A stretch of 64,000 nucleotides of DNA from Eledone cirrhosa (lineage: Eukaryota): positions 27,652,001 to 27,716,000 of the forward strand of contig OZ024744.1 of NCBI GenBank assembly GCA_964016885.1. The letters are read 5' to 3'. Numbering within the stretch: the first letter of the stretch is position 1; every line of letters begins with the position of its first letter. The translations under genes and the position numbers were made by a program. The notes under the pieces were generated by a model that made no database searches, was not told where the DNA came from, and saw only the letters and a list, made by a program, of their open reading frames with translations. This document shows, piece by piece, positions 1 to 11,999 of this stretch.

Positions 1-3000
1 TTATAACTGTTATTGTCATTGTTGTTGTTGTTGTTGTCGCTGTTATCACTGTTATTGTCACTGTTGTTGTTGTCGCTGGTATAACTGTTATTGTCACTGT
101 TGTTTTTGTTGTTGTCGCTGTTATCACCGTTATTGTCACTGTTGTTGTTCTTCTCGCTGTTATCACTGTTATTGTCACTGTTGGTGTCGCTGTTATCACT
201 GTTATTTTCATTGTTGTTGTTGTTGTTCTCTCTGTTATCACTGTTGTTGTCACTGTTATTGTCACTGTTGTTGTTGTCGCTGTTATAACTGTTATTGTCA
301 CTGTTGTTGTTGCTGTTGTCGCTGTCATATCTCTTATTGTCACTGTTGTTGTTGTTGTTGTTGTCGTTGTTATCACTGTTATTGTCATTATTGTTGTTCT
401 CGCTGTTATCACTGGTATTGACACTGTTGTTGTTGTTGTCGCTGTTATAACTGTTATTGACTCTGTTGATGTTGTTGTTGTCGCTGTTATAACTGTTATT
501 GTCACTATTGTTGTTGTCGCTGTTATAACTCTTATTGTCACTGTTGTTGTTGTTGTCGTCGTTGTTATCACTGTTATTGTCATTATTGTTGTTGTAGCTG
601 TTATCACTGTTATTGTCATTGTTGTTGTTGTCGCTGATATCACTGTTATTATCCCTGTTGTTGTTGTCGCTGTTATAACTGTTATTGTCACTATTGCTTT
701 TGTTGTTGTCGCTCTTATCACTCTTTTTGTCATTGTTGATGTTGTTCTCGCTGCTATCCCTGTTATTGTCATTGTTGTTGTTGTTGTACTCGCTGTTATC
801 ACTGTTATTGTCATTGTTGTTGTTGTTGTCGCTGTTATCAGTGTTATTGTCACTGTTTTTGTTGTTGTCGCTATTATCACTGTTATTGTCAGTGTTGTTG
901 TTGTTGTTCTCGCTGTTATCACTGTCGTCGCCACTGTTGTTGTTGTCGCTGTTATAACTGTTATTGTGACTTTTGTTGTTGTTGTTGTCGCTGTTATAAC
1001 TGTTATTGTCATTGTTGTTGTTGTCGCTGTTATCATTGTTATTGACACTGTTGTTGCTGTTGTTCGCGCTGTTATCACTGTTATTGTCACTGTTGTTTTT
1101 GTTGTTCTCGCTGTTACCACTGTTATTGTCACTGTTGTTGTTGTTGTTGTCGCTGTCATAACTGTTCTTTTCACTGTTGTTGTTGTTATTGTTCTCGCTG
1201 TTATCAGTGTTATTGTCACTGTTGTTGTCGCTGTTATCACTGTTATTGTCACTGTTGTTATTGTTGTTGTTATCACTGTTATTGTCACTGCTGTAGTTGT
1301 TGTCGCTGTTATAACTGTTATTGTCACTGTTGTTGTTGTTGCTGTCGCTGTTATCACTGTTATTGTCATTGTTTTTGTTGTTGTGGCTGTTATCACTGTT
1401 ATTGTCACTGTTGTTGTCGCTGTTATCACTGTTATTTTCATTGTTGTTGTTGTTGTTCTCTCTGTTATCACTGTTATTGTCACTGTTATTGTCACTGTTG
1501 TTGTTGTTCTCGCTGTTATAACTGTTATTGTGACTGTTGTTGTTGTCGCTGTTATAACTGTTATTGTCATTGTTGTTGTTGTCGCTGTTATCACTGTTAT
1601 TAACACTGTTGTTGTTGTTGTTCTCGCTGTTATCACTGTTATTGTCACTGTTGTTGTTGTTGTCGTTGTTATCACTGTTATTGTCATTATTGTTGTTCTC
1701 GCTGTTATCACTGTTATTGTCACTGTTGTTGTTGTTGTCGTTGTTATCACTGTTATTGTCATTATTGTTGTTCTCGCTGTTATCACTGGTATTGACACTG
1801 TTGTTGTTGTTGTTCTCGCTGTTATCACTGTTATTGTCACTGTTGTTGTTGTTGTCGTTGTTATCTCTGTTATTGTCATTGTTGTTGTCGCTGTTATAAC
1901 TGTTATTGTCATTGTTGTTGTTGTTGTTGTTGCTGTTATAACTGTTACTGTCATTGTTGTTGTTGTTGTCGCTGTTATCACTGTTATTTTCATTGTTGTT
2001 GTTGTCGCTGTTATGACTGTTATTGTCACTGTTGTTGTTGTTGTTGTCGCTGTTATCACTGTTATTGTCACTGTTGTTGTTGTCACTGTTATAAATGTTA
2101 TTGTCACTGTTGTCGTTGTTGTCGCTGTTATCACTGTTATTGTCACTGTTGTTGTTGTTGTTGTCGCTGTCATAACTGTTCTTTTAACTGTTGTTGTTGT
2201 TGTTCTCGCTGTTATCACTGTTATTGTCACTGTTGTTATTGTTGTTGTTGCTGTTATCACTGTTATTGTCACTGTTGTAGTTGTTGTCGCTGTTATAACT
2301 GTTATTGTCACTGTTGTTGTTGTTGTTGCTGTCGCTGTTATCACTGTTATTGTCATTGTTGCTGTTGTACTCGCTGTTATCACTGTTATTGTTGTTGCTG
2401 TTGCTGTCGCTGTTATCACTGTTATTGTCATTGTTGCTGTTGTACTCGCTGTTATCACTGTTATTGTTGTTGTTGTTGTTGTGGCTGTTATCACTGTTAT
2501 TGTCATTGTTGTTGTTATTGTGGCTGTTATCACTGTTATTGTTACTGTTGTTGTCGCTGTTATTACTGTTATTTTCATTGTTGTTGTTGTTGTTCTCTCT
2601 ATTATCACTGTTATTGTCACTGTTATTGTCACTGTTGTTGTTGTTCTCGCTGTTATAACTGTTATTGTGACTGTTGTTGTTGTCGCTGTTATAACTCTTA
2701 TTGTCACTGTTGTTGTTGTTGTCGTCGTTGTTATCACTGTTATTGTCATTATTGTTGTTGTCGCTGTTATCACTGTTATTGTCATTGTTGTTGTTGTCGC
2801 TGATATCACTGTTATTGTCCCTGTTGTTGTTGTCGCTGTTATAACTGTTATTGTCTCTGTTGGTGTTGTTGTTGTCGCTGTTATAACTGTTATTGTCACT
2901 GTTGTTGTTGTCGCTGTTATAACTCTTATTGTCATTGTTGTTGTTGTTGTCGTCGTTGTTATCACTGTTATTGTCATCATTGTTGTTGTCGCTGTTATCA

Positions 3001-5879
3001 CTGTTATTGTCATTGTTGTTGTTGTTGTCGCTGTTATCACTGTTATTGTCCCTGTTGTTGTTGTCGCTGTTATAACTGTTATTGTAACTATTGCTTTTGT
3101 TGTTGTCGCTCTTATCACTCTTATTGTCATTGCTGTTGTTGTTCTCGCTGCTATCCCTGTTATTGTCATTGTTGTTGTTGTTGTTGTACTCGCTGTTATC
3201 ACTGTTATTGTCATTGTTGTTGTTGTTGTCGCTGTTATCACTGTTATTGTCACTGTTTTTGTTGTTGTCGCTATTATCACTGTTATTGTGACTGTTGTTT
3301 TTGTTGTCGCTGTTATCACTGTTATTGTCAGTGTTGTTGTTGTTGTTCTCGTTGTTATCACTGTTGTCGTCACTGTTGTTGTTGTTGTCGCTGTTATAAC
3401 TGTTACTGTGACTGTTGTTGTTGTTGTTGTTGTTGTTGTTGTCGCTGTTATAACTGTTATTGTCATTGTTGTTGTTGTCGCTGTTATCACTGTTATTGAC
3501 ACTGTTGTTGCTGTTGTTCTCGCTGTTATCACTGTTATTGTCACTGTTGTTGTTGTTGTTGTTCTCACTGTTACCACTGTTATTGTCAATGTTGTTCTTG
3601 TTGTCGCTGTTATAACTGTTATTGTCACTGTTGTTGTTGTTGTCGCTGTTATAACTCTTATTGTCACTGTTGTTGTTGTTGTTGTTATCACTGTTATTTT
3701 CATTATTGTTATTGTCGCTGTTATCACTGTTATTGTCATTGTTGTTGTTGTTGTTGTCGTCGCTGTTATCACTTTTATTGTCACTGTTTTTGTTGTTGTC
3801 GCTTCTATAACTGTTATTTTCACTATTGCTGTTGTTGTCGCTGTTATCACTCTTATTGTCACTGTTGTTGTTATCGCTGTTATAACTGTTATTGTCACTG
3901 TTGTTGTTGTTCTCGCTGTTATCACTGGTATTGACACTGTTATTGTTTTTATTGTCGCTGTTATAACTGTTATTGTCACTGTTGTTATTGTTGTTGTCGC
4001 TGTTATAACTGTTATTGTCACTGTTGTTGTTGTTGTTGTTATCGCTGTTATCACTGTTATTGTCATTGTTTTTGTTGTCGCTGTTATCACTGTTATTGTC
4101 ATTGTTGTTGTTGTCGCTGTTATCACTGTTATTGTCACTGTTGTTGTTGTTCTCGCTGTTATCACTGTTATTGTCACTGTTGTTGTTCTTCTCGCTGTTA
4201 TCACTGTTATTGTCATTGTTGTTGTTGTTGTTGTGTTCGCTGTTATAACTGTTATTGTCATTGTTGTTGTTGTTGTTGTCGCTGTTATCACTGTTATTGA
4301 CACTGTTGTTGTTGTTGTTGTTGTCGCTGTTATCACTGTTATTTTCATTGTTGTTGTTGTCGCTGTTATCACTCTTATTGTCACTGTTGTTGTTGTTGTT
4401 GTTGTCGCTGTTATCACTGTTATTGTCACTGTTGTTGTTGTTGTTGTTCTCGCTGTTATCACTGTTATTGTCATTGTTGTTGTTGTCGCTGTTATCACCG
4501 TTATTGTCACTGTTGTTGTTGTTCTCGCTGTTATCACTGTTATTGTCACTGTTGTTGTTCTTCTCGCTGTTATCACTGTTATTGTCATTGTTGTTGTTGT
4601 TGTTGTGTTCGCTGTTATAACTGTTATTTTCATTGTTGTTGTTGTTGTTGTCGCTGTTATCACTGTTATTGTCACTGTTGTTGTTGTCGCTGGTATAACT
4701 GTTATTGTCACTGTTGTTTTTGTTGTTATCGCTGTTATCACTGTTATTGTCACTGTTGTTGTTGTTGTTATAACTGTTATTTTCACTGTTGTTGTTGTTG
4801 TCACTGTTATCACTGTTATTGTCATTGTTGTTGTTGTTGTTGTTGTCGTCGCTGTTATCACTGTTATTGTCACTGTTGTTGTTGTTGTTGTCGATTTTAT
4901 CACTGTTATTGTCACTGTTGTTGCTGTTGTCACTGTTATAAATGTTATTGTCACTGTTGTTGTTGTAGTTGTCGCTGTTATAACTGTTATTGTCACTGTT
5001 GTTGTCGCTGTTATAACTCTTATTGTCACTGTTGTTGTTGTTGTCGCTGTTATCACTGTTATTGTCACAGTTGTTGTTGTCGCTGTTGTCATTGTTATTG
5101 TCATTGTCGTTGTTGTCGCTTTTATAACTGTTATTGTCATTGTTGTTGTTGTTGTTGTCGCTGTTATAACTGTTATTGTCACTGTTGTTGTTGTTGCTGT
5201 CGGTGTTATAACTGTTATTAGTTACTGTTGTTGTTGTTGTTGTTCTCGCTGTTACCACTGTTATTGTCAATGTTGTTGTTGTTGTCGCTGTTATAACTGT
5301 TATTGTCACTGTTGTTGTTGTTGTTGTCGCTGTTATAACTCTTATTGTCACTGTTGTTGTTGTTGTCGCTTCTATAACTGTTATTGTCACTATTGCTGTT
5401 GTTGTTGTCGCTGTTATCACTCTTATTGTCATTGTTGTTGTTGTCGCTGTTATCACTGTTATTGTCACTGTTGTTGTTCTCGCTGTTATAACTGTTATTC
5501 TCACTGTTGTTGTTATGGCTGTTATCACTGGTATTGACACTGTTGTTGTTTTTATTGTCGCTGTTAGAACTGTTATTGTCACTGTTGTTATTGTTGTTGT
5601 CGCTGTTATAACTGTTATTGTCACTGTTGTTGTTGTTGTTCTCGCTGTTATCACTGTTATTGTCATTGTTGTTATTGTCGCTGTTATCACTGTTATTGTC
5701 ATTGTTGTTGTTGTCGCTGTTATCACTGTTATTGTCACTGTTGTTGTTGTTCTCGCTGTTATCACTGTTATTGTCACTGTTGTTCTTCTCGCTGTTATCA
5801 CTGTTATTGTCATTGTTGTTGCTGTTGTGTTCGCTGTTATAACTGTTATTGTCATTGTTGTTGTTGTTGTTGTTGTCGC

Positions 5880-6490
5880 TGTTATCACTGTTATTGTCAC
5901 TGTTGTTGTTGTCGCTGGTATAACTGTTATTGTCACTGTTGTTTTTGTTGTTGTCGCTGTTATCACTGTTATTGTCACTGTTGTTGTTGTCGCTGTTATA
6001 ACTGTTATTGTCACTGTTGTTGTTGTTGTCACTGTTATCACTGTTATTGTCACTGTTGTTGTTTTTCTCGCTGTTATCACTGTTATTGTCATTGTTGTTG
6101 TTGTCGCTGTTATCTCTGTTATTGTCATTGTTGTTGTCGCTGTTATAACTGTTATTGTCATTGTGGTTGTTGTTGTTGTCGCTGTTATCACTGTTATTGT
6201 CACTGTTGTTGTTGTCGCTGGTATAACTGTTATTGTCACTGTTGTTTTTGTTGTTGTCGCTGTTATCACTGTTATTGTCACTGTTGTTGTTGTCGCTGTT
6301 ATAACTGTTATTGTCACTGTTGTTGTTGTTGTCACTGTTATCACTGTTATTGTCACTGTTGTTGTTGTTCTCGCTGTTATCACTGTTATTGTCATTGTTG
6401 TTGTTGTCGCTGTTATCACTGTTATTGTCACTGTTGCTGTTGTTGTCGCTGTTATCTCTGTTATTGTCATTGTTGTTGTCGCTGTTATAA
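5880..6490. repeat. ~303-bp tandem duplication
   Basis: The gctggtata monomer occurs at 5917 and 6220 with the same following variants (gttttt, gtcact, atctct). Confidence 0.75.
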
Positions 6491-6500
6491 CTGTTATTGT

Positions 6501-6532
<32 letters not shown>

Positions 6533-7289
6533 CTGTTGCTGTTATAACTGTTACTGTCATTGTTGTTGTTGTTGTCGCTGTTATCACTGTTATTTTCATT
6601 GTTGTTGTTGTCGCTGTTATCACTGTTATTGTCACTGTTGTTGTTGTTGTTGTCGCTGTTATCACTGTTATTGTCACTGTTGTTGTTGTCACTGTTATAA
6701 ATGTTATTGTCATTGTTGTCGTTGTTGTCGCTGTTATCACTGTTATTGTCATTGTTGTTGTTGTTGTTGTCGCTGTCATAACTGTTCTTTTCACTGTTGT
6801 TGTTGTTGTTGTTCTCGCTGTTATCACTGTTATTGTCACTGTTGTTGTCGCTGTTATCACTGTTATTGTCACTGTTGTTATTGTTGTTGCTGTTATCACT
6901 GTTATTGTCACTGTTGTAGTTGTTGTCGCTGTTATAACTGTTATTGCCACTGTTGTTGTTGTTGCTGTCTCTGTTATCACTGTTATTGTCATTGTTGTTG
7001 TTGTTGTGGCTGTTATCACTGTTATTGTCACTGTTGTTGTCGCTGTTATCACTGTTATTTTCATTGTTGTTGTTGTTGTTCTCTCTGTTATCACTGTTAT
7101 TGTCACTGTTATTGTCACTGTTGTTGTTGTTCTCGCTGTTATAATTGTTATTGTGACTGTTGTTGTTGTCGCTGTTATAACTGTTATTGTCATTGTTGTT
7201 GTTGTTGTCGCTGTTATCACTGTTATTAACATTGTTGTTGTTGTTGTTCTCGCTGTTATCACTGTTATTGTCACTGTTGTTGTTGTTGT

Positions 7290-9520
7290 CGCTGTTATAA
7301 CTGTTATTGTCACTGTTGTTGTTGTCGCTGTTATCACTGTTATTGTCACTGTTGTTGTTGTCGCTGTTATCACTGCTATTGTCATTGTTGTTGTTGTTGT
7401 CGCTGTTATCACTGTGATTGTCATTGTTGTTGTTGTTGTTGTTCTCGCTGTTATCACCGTTATTGTCACTGTTGTTGTCGCTGTTATCACTGTTATTGTC
7501 ACTGTTGTTATTGTTGTTGTTGCTGTTATCACTGTTATTGTCACTGTTGTAGTTGTTGTCGCTGTTATAACTGTTATTTTCACTGTTGTTGTTGTTGTTG
7601 CTGTCGCTGTTATCACTGTTATTGTCATTGTTGCTGTTCTACTCGCTGTTATCACTGTTATTGTTGTTGTTGTTGCTGTCGCTGTTATCACTGTTATTGT
7701 CATTGTTGCTGTTGTACTCGCTGTTATCACTGTTATTGTTGTTGTTGTTGTTGTGGCTGTTATCACTGTTATTGTCACTGTTGTTGTCACTGTTGTTGTT
7801 GTTCTCGCCGTTATAACTGTTATTGTGACTGTTGTTGTTGTCTCTGTTATAACTGTTATTGTCATTGTTGTTGTTGTTCTCGCTGTTATCACTGTTATTG
7901 TCACTATTGTTGTTGTCGCTGTTATAACTGTTATTGTCACTGTTGTTGTTGCTGTTGTCGCTGTCATAACTCTTATTGCCACTGTTGTTGTTGTTGTCGT
8001 TGTTATCACTGTTATTGTCATTATTGTTGTTCTCGCTGTTATCACTGGTATTGACACTGTTGTTGTTGTTGTTGTTGTCGCTGTTATAACTGTTATTGTC
8101 TCTGTTGATGTTGTTGTTGTCGCTGTTATAACTGTTATTGTCACTGTTGTTGTTGTCGCTGTTATAATTCTTAATGTCACTGTTGTTGTTGTTGTCGTCG
8201 TTGTTATCACTGTTATTTTCATTATTGTTGTTGTCGCTGTTATCACTGTTATTGTCATTGTTGTTGTTGTTGTCGCTGTTATCACTGTTATTGTCCCTGT
8301 TGTTGTTGTCGCTGTTATAACTGTTATTGTCACTATTGCTTTTGTTGTTGTCGCTCTTATCACTCTTATTGTCATTGTTGTTGTTGTTCTCGCTGCTATC
8401 CCTGTTATTGTCATTGTTGTTGTTGTTGTACTCGCTGTTATCACTGTTATTGTCATTGTTGTTGTTGTTGTCGCTGTTATCACTGTTATTGTCACTGTTG
8501 TTGTTGTTGTCGCTGTTATAACTGTTATTGTCACTGTTGTTGTTGTCGCTGTTATCACTGTTATTGTCACTGTTGTTGTTGTCGCTGTTATCACTGCTAT
8601 TGTCATTGTTGTTGTTGTTGTCGCTGTTATCACTGTGATTGTCATTGTTGTTGTTGTTGTTGTTCTCGCTGTTATCACCGTTATTGTCACTGTTGTTGTC
8701 GCTGTTATCACTGTTATTGTCACTGTCGTTATTGTTGTTGTTGCTGTTATCACTGTTATTGTCACTGTTGTAGTTGTTGTCGCTGTTATAACTGTTATTG
8801 TCACTGTTGTTGTTGTTGTTGCTGTCGCTGTTATCACTGTTATTGTCATTGTTGCTGTTCTACTCGCTGTTATCACTGTTATTGTTGTTGTTGTTGCTGT
8901 CGCTGTTATCACTGTTATTGTCATTGTTGCTGTTGTACTCGCTGTTATCACTGTTATTGTCACTGTTGTTGTCACTGTTGTTGTTGTTCTCGCTGTTATA
9001 ACTGTTATTGTGACTGTTGTTGTTGTCTCTGTTATAACTGTTATTGTCATTGTTGTTGTTGTTCTCGCTGTTATCACTGTTATTGTCACCATTGTTGTTG
9101 TCGCTGTTATAACTGTTATTGTCACTGTTGTTGTTGCTGTTGTCGCTGTCATAACTCTTATTGTCACTGTTGTTGTTGTCGCTGTTATAATTCTTATTGT
9201 CACTGTTGTTGTTGTTGTCGTCGTTGTTATCACTGTTATTTTCATTATTGTTGTTGTCGCTGTTATCACTGTTATTGTCATTGTTGTTGTTGTTGTCGCT
9301 GTTATCACTGTTATTGTCCCTGTTGTTGTTATCGCTGTTATAACTGTTATTGTCACTATTGCTTTTGTTGTTGTCGCTCTTATCACTCTTATTGTCATTG
9401 TTGTTGTTGTTCTCGCTGCTATCCCTGTTATTGTCATTGTTGTTGTTGTTGTACTCGCTGTTATCACTGTTATTGTCATTGTTGTTGTTGTTGTCGCTGT
9501 TATCACTGTTATTGTCACTG
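7290..9520. repeat. ~1.0-1.2 kb tandem duplication
   Basis: Paired markers: gctatt 7375/8596, gtgatt 7414/8635, ctactc 7639/8860 (offset 1221); gctgctatccct 8392/9415 (offset 1023 after internal deletions). Confidence 0.8.
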
Positions 9521-11999
9521 TTTTTGTTGTTGTCGCTATTATCACTGTTATTGTCACTGTTGTTTTTGTTGTTGTCGCTTTTATCACTGTTATTTTCATT
9601 GTTTTTGTTGTTGTTCTCGCATTTATCACTGTTATTTTCAGTGTTGTTGTTCTTGTTCTCGCTGTTATCACTGTCGTCGTCACTGTTGTAGTTGTTGTCG
9701 CTGTTATAACTGTTATTGTGACTGTTGTTGTTGTTGTTGTCGCTGTTATAACTGTTATTGTCATTGTTGTTGTTGTCGTGGTTATCACTGTTATTGACAC
9801 TGTTGTTGCTGTTGTTCTCGCTGTTATCACTGTTATTGTCACTGTTGTTGTTGTTCTCGCTGTTACCACTGTTATTGTCAATGTTGTTGTTGTTGTCGCT
9901 GTTATAACTGTTATTGTCACTGTTGTTGTTGTTGTCGCTGTTATAACTCTTATTGTCACTGTTGTTGTTGTTGTTGTCGTTGTTATCACTGTTATTGTCA
10001 TTATTGTTATTGTCGCTGTTATAACTGTTATTGTCATTGTTGTTGTTGTTGTTGTTGTCGCTGTTATCACTGTTATTGTCACTGTTGTTATTGTTGTTGT
10101 CGCTGTTATAACTGTTATTGTCACTGTTGTTGTTGTCGCTGTTATCACTGTTATTGTCATTGTTGTTGTTGTCGCTGTTATCACTGTTATTGTCACTGTT
10201 GTTGTTGTTCTCGCTGTCATCAATGGTATTGACACTGTTGTTGTTTTTATTGTCGCTGTTAGAACTGTTATTGTCACTGTTGTTATTGTTGTTGTCGCTG
10301 TTATAACTGTTATTGTCACTGTTGTTGTTGTCGCTGTTATCACTGTTATTGTCATTGTTGTTGTTGTCGCTGTTATCACTGTTATTGTCACTGTTGTTGT
10401 TCTTTTCGCTGTTATCACTGTTATTGTCATTGTTGTTGTTGTTGTGTTCGCTGTTATAACTGTTATTGTCATTGTTGTTGTTGTTGTTGTCGCTGTTATC
10501 ACTGTTATTGTCACTGTTGTTGTTGTCGCTGTTATAACTGTTATTGTCACTGTTGTTTTTGTTGTTGTCGCTGTTATCACTGTTATTGTCACTGTTGTTG
10601 TTGTCGCTGTTATAACTGTTATTGTCACTGTTGTTATTGTTGTCACTGTTATCACTGTTATTGTCACTGTTGTTGTTGTTCTCGCTGTTATCACTGTTAT
10701 TGTCATTGTTGTTGTTGTCGCTGTTATCACTGTTGTTGTCACTGTTGCTGTTGTTGTCGCTGTTATCTCTGTTATTGTCATTGTTGTTGTCGCTGTTATA
10801 ACTGTTATTGTCATTGTTGTTCTTGTTGTTGGTGTTGCTGTTATAACTGTTACTGTCATTGTTGTTGTTGTTGTCGCTGTTATCACTGTTATTTTCATTG
10901 TTGTTGTTGTCGGTGTTATCACTGTTATTGTCACTGTTGTTTTTGTTGTTGTCGCTGTTATCACTGTTATTGTCACTGTTGTTGTTGTCACTGTTATAAA
11001 TGTTATTGTCACTGTTGTCGTTGTTGTCGCTGTTATCACTGTTATTGTCACTGTTGTTGTTGTTGTTGTCGCTGTCATAACTGTTCTTTTCACTGTTGTT
11101 GTTGTTGTTCTCGCTGTTATCACTGTTATTGTCACTGTTGTAGTTGTTGTCCCTGTTATAACTATTATTGTCACTGTTGTTGTTGTTGCTGTCGCTGTTA
11201 TCACTGTTATTGTCATTGTTGTTGTGGCTGTTATCACTGTTATTGTCACTGTTGTTGTCGCTGTTATCACTGTTATTTTCATTGTTGTTGTTGTTCTCTC
11301 TGTTATCACTGTTATTGTCACTGTTAATGTCACTGTTGTTGTTGTCGCTGTTATAACTCGTATTGTCACTGTTGTTGTTGTCGTCGTTGTTATCACTGTT
11401 ATTGTCATTATTGTTGTTTTCGCTGTTATCACTGTTATTGTCATTGTTGTTGTTGTTGTCGCTGTTATCACTGTTATTGTCACTGTTGTTGTTGTCGCTG
11501 TTATAAATGTTATTGTCACTATTGCTTTTGTTGTTTTCGCTCTTATCACTCTTATTGTCATTGCTGTTGTTGTTCTCGCTGCTATCCCTGTTATTGTCAT
11601 TGTTGTTGTTGTTGTACTCGCTGTTATCACTGTTATTGTCATTGTTGTTGTTGTTGTCGCTGTTATCACTGTTATTGTCACTGTTTTTGTTGTTGTCGCT
11701 ATTATCACTGTTATTGTCACTGTTGTTGTTGTTGTCGCTGTTATAACTGTTATTGTCATTGTTGTTGTTGTCGCTGTTATCACTGTTATTGACACTGTTG
11801 TTGCTGTTGTTCTCGCTGTTATCACTGTTATTGTCACTGTTGTTGTTGTTATCGCTGTTACCACTGTTATTGTCAATGTTGTTGTTGTTGTCGCTGTTAT
11901 AACTGTTATTGTCACTGTTGTTGTTGTTGTCGCTGTTATAACTCTTATTGTCACTGTTGTTGTTGTTGTTGTCGTTGTTATCACTGTTATTGTCTTTGT

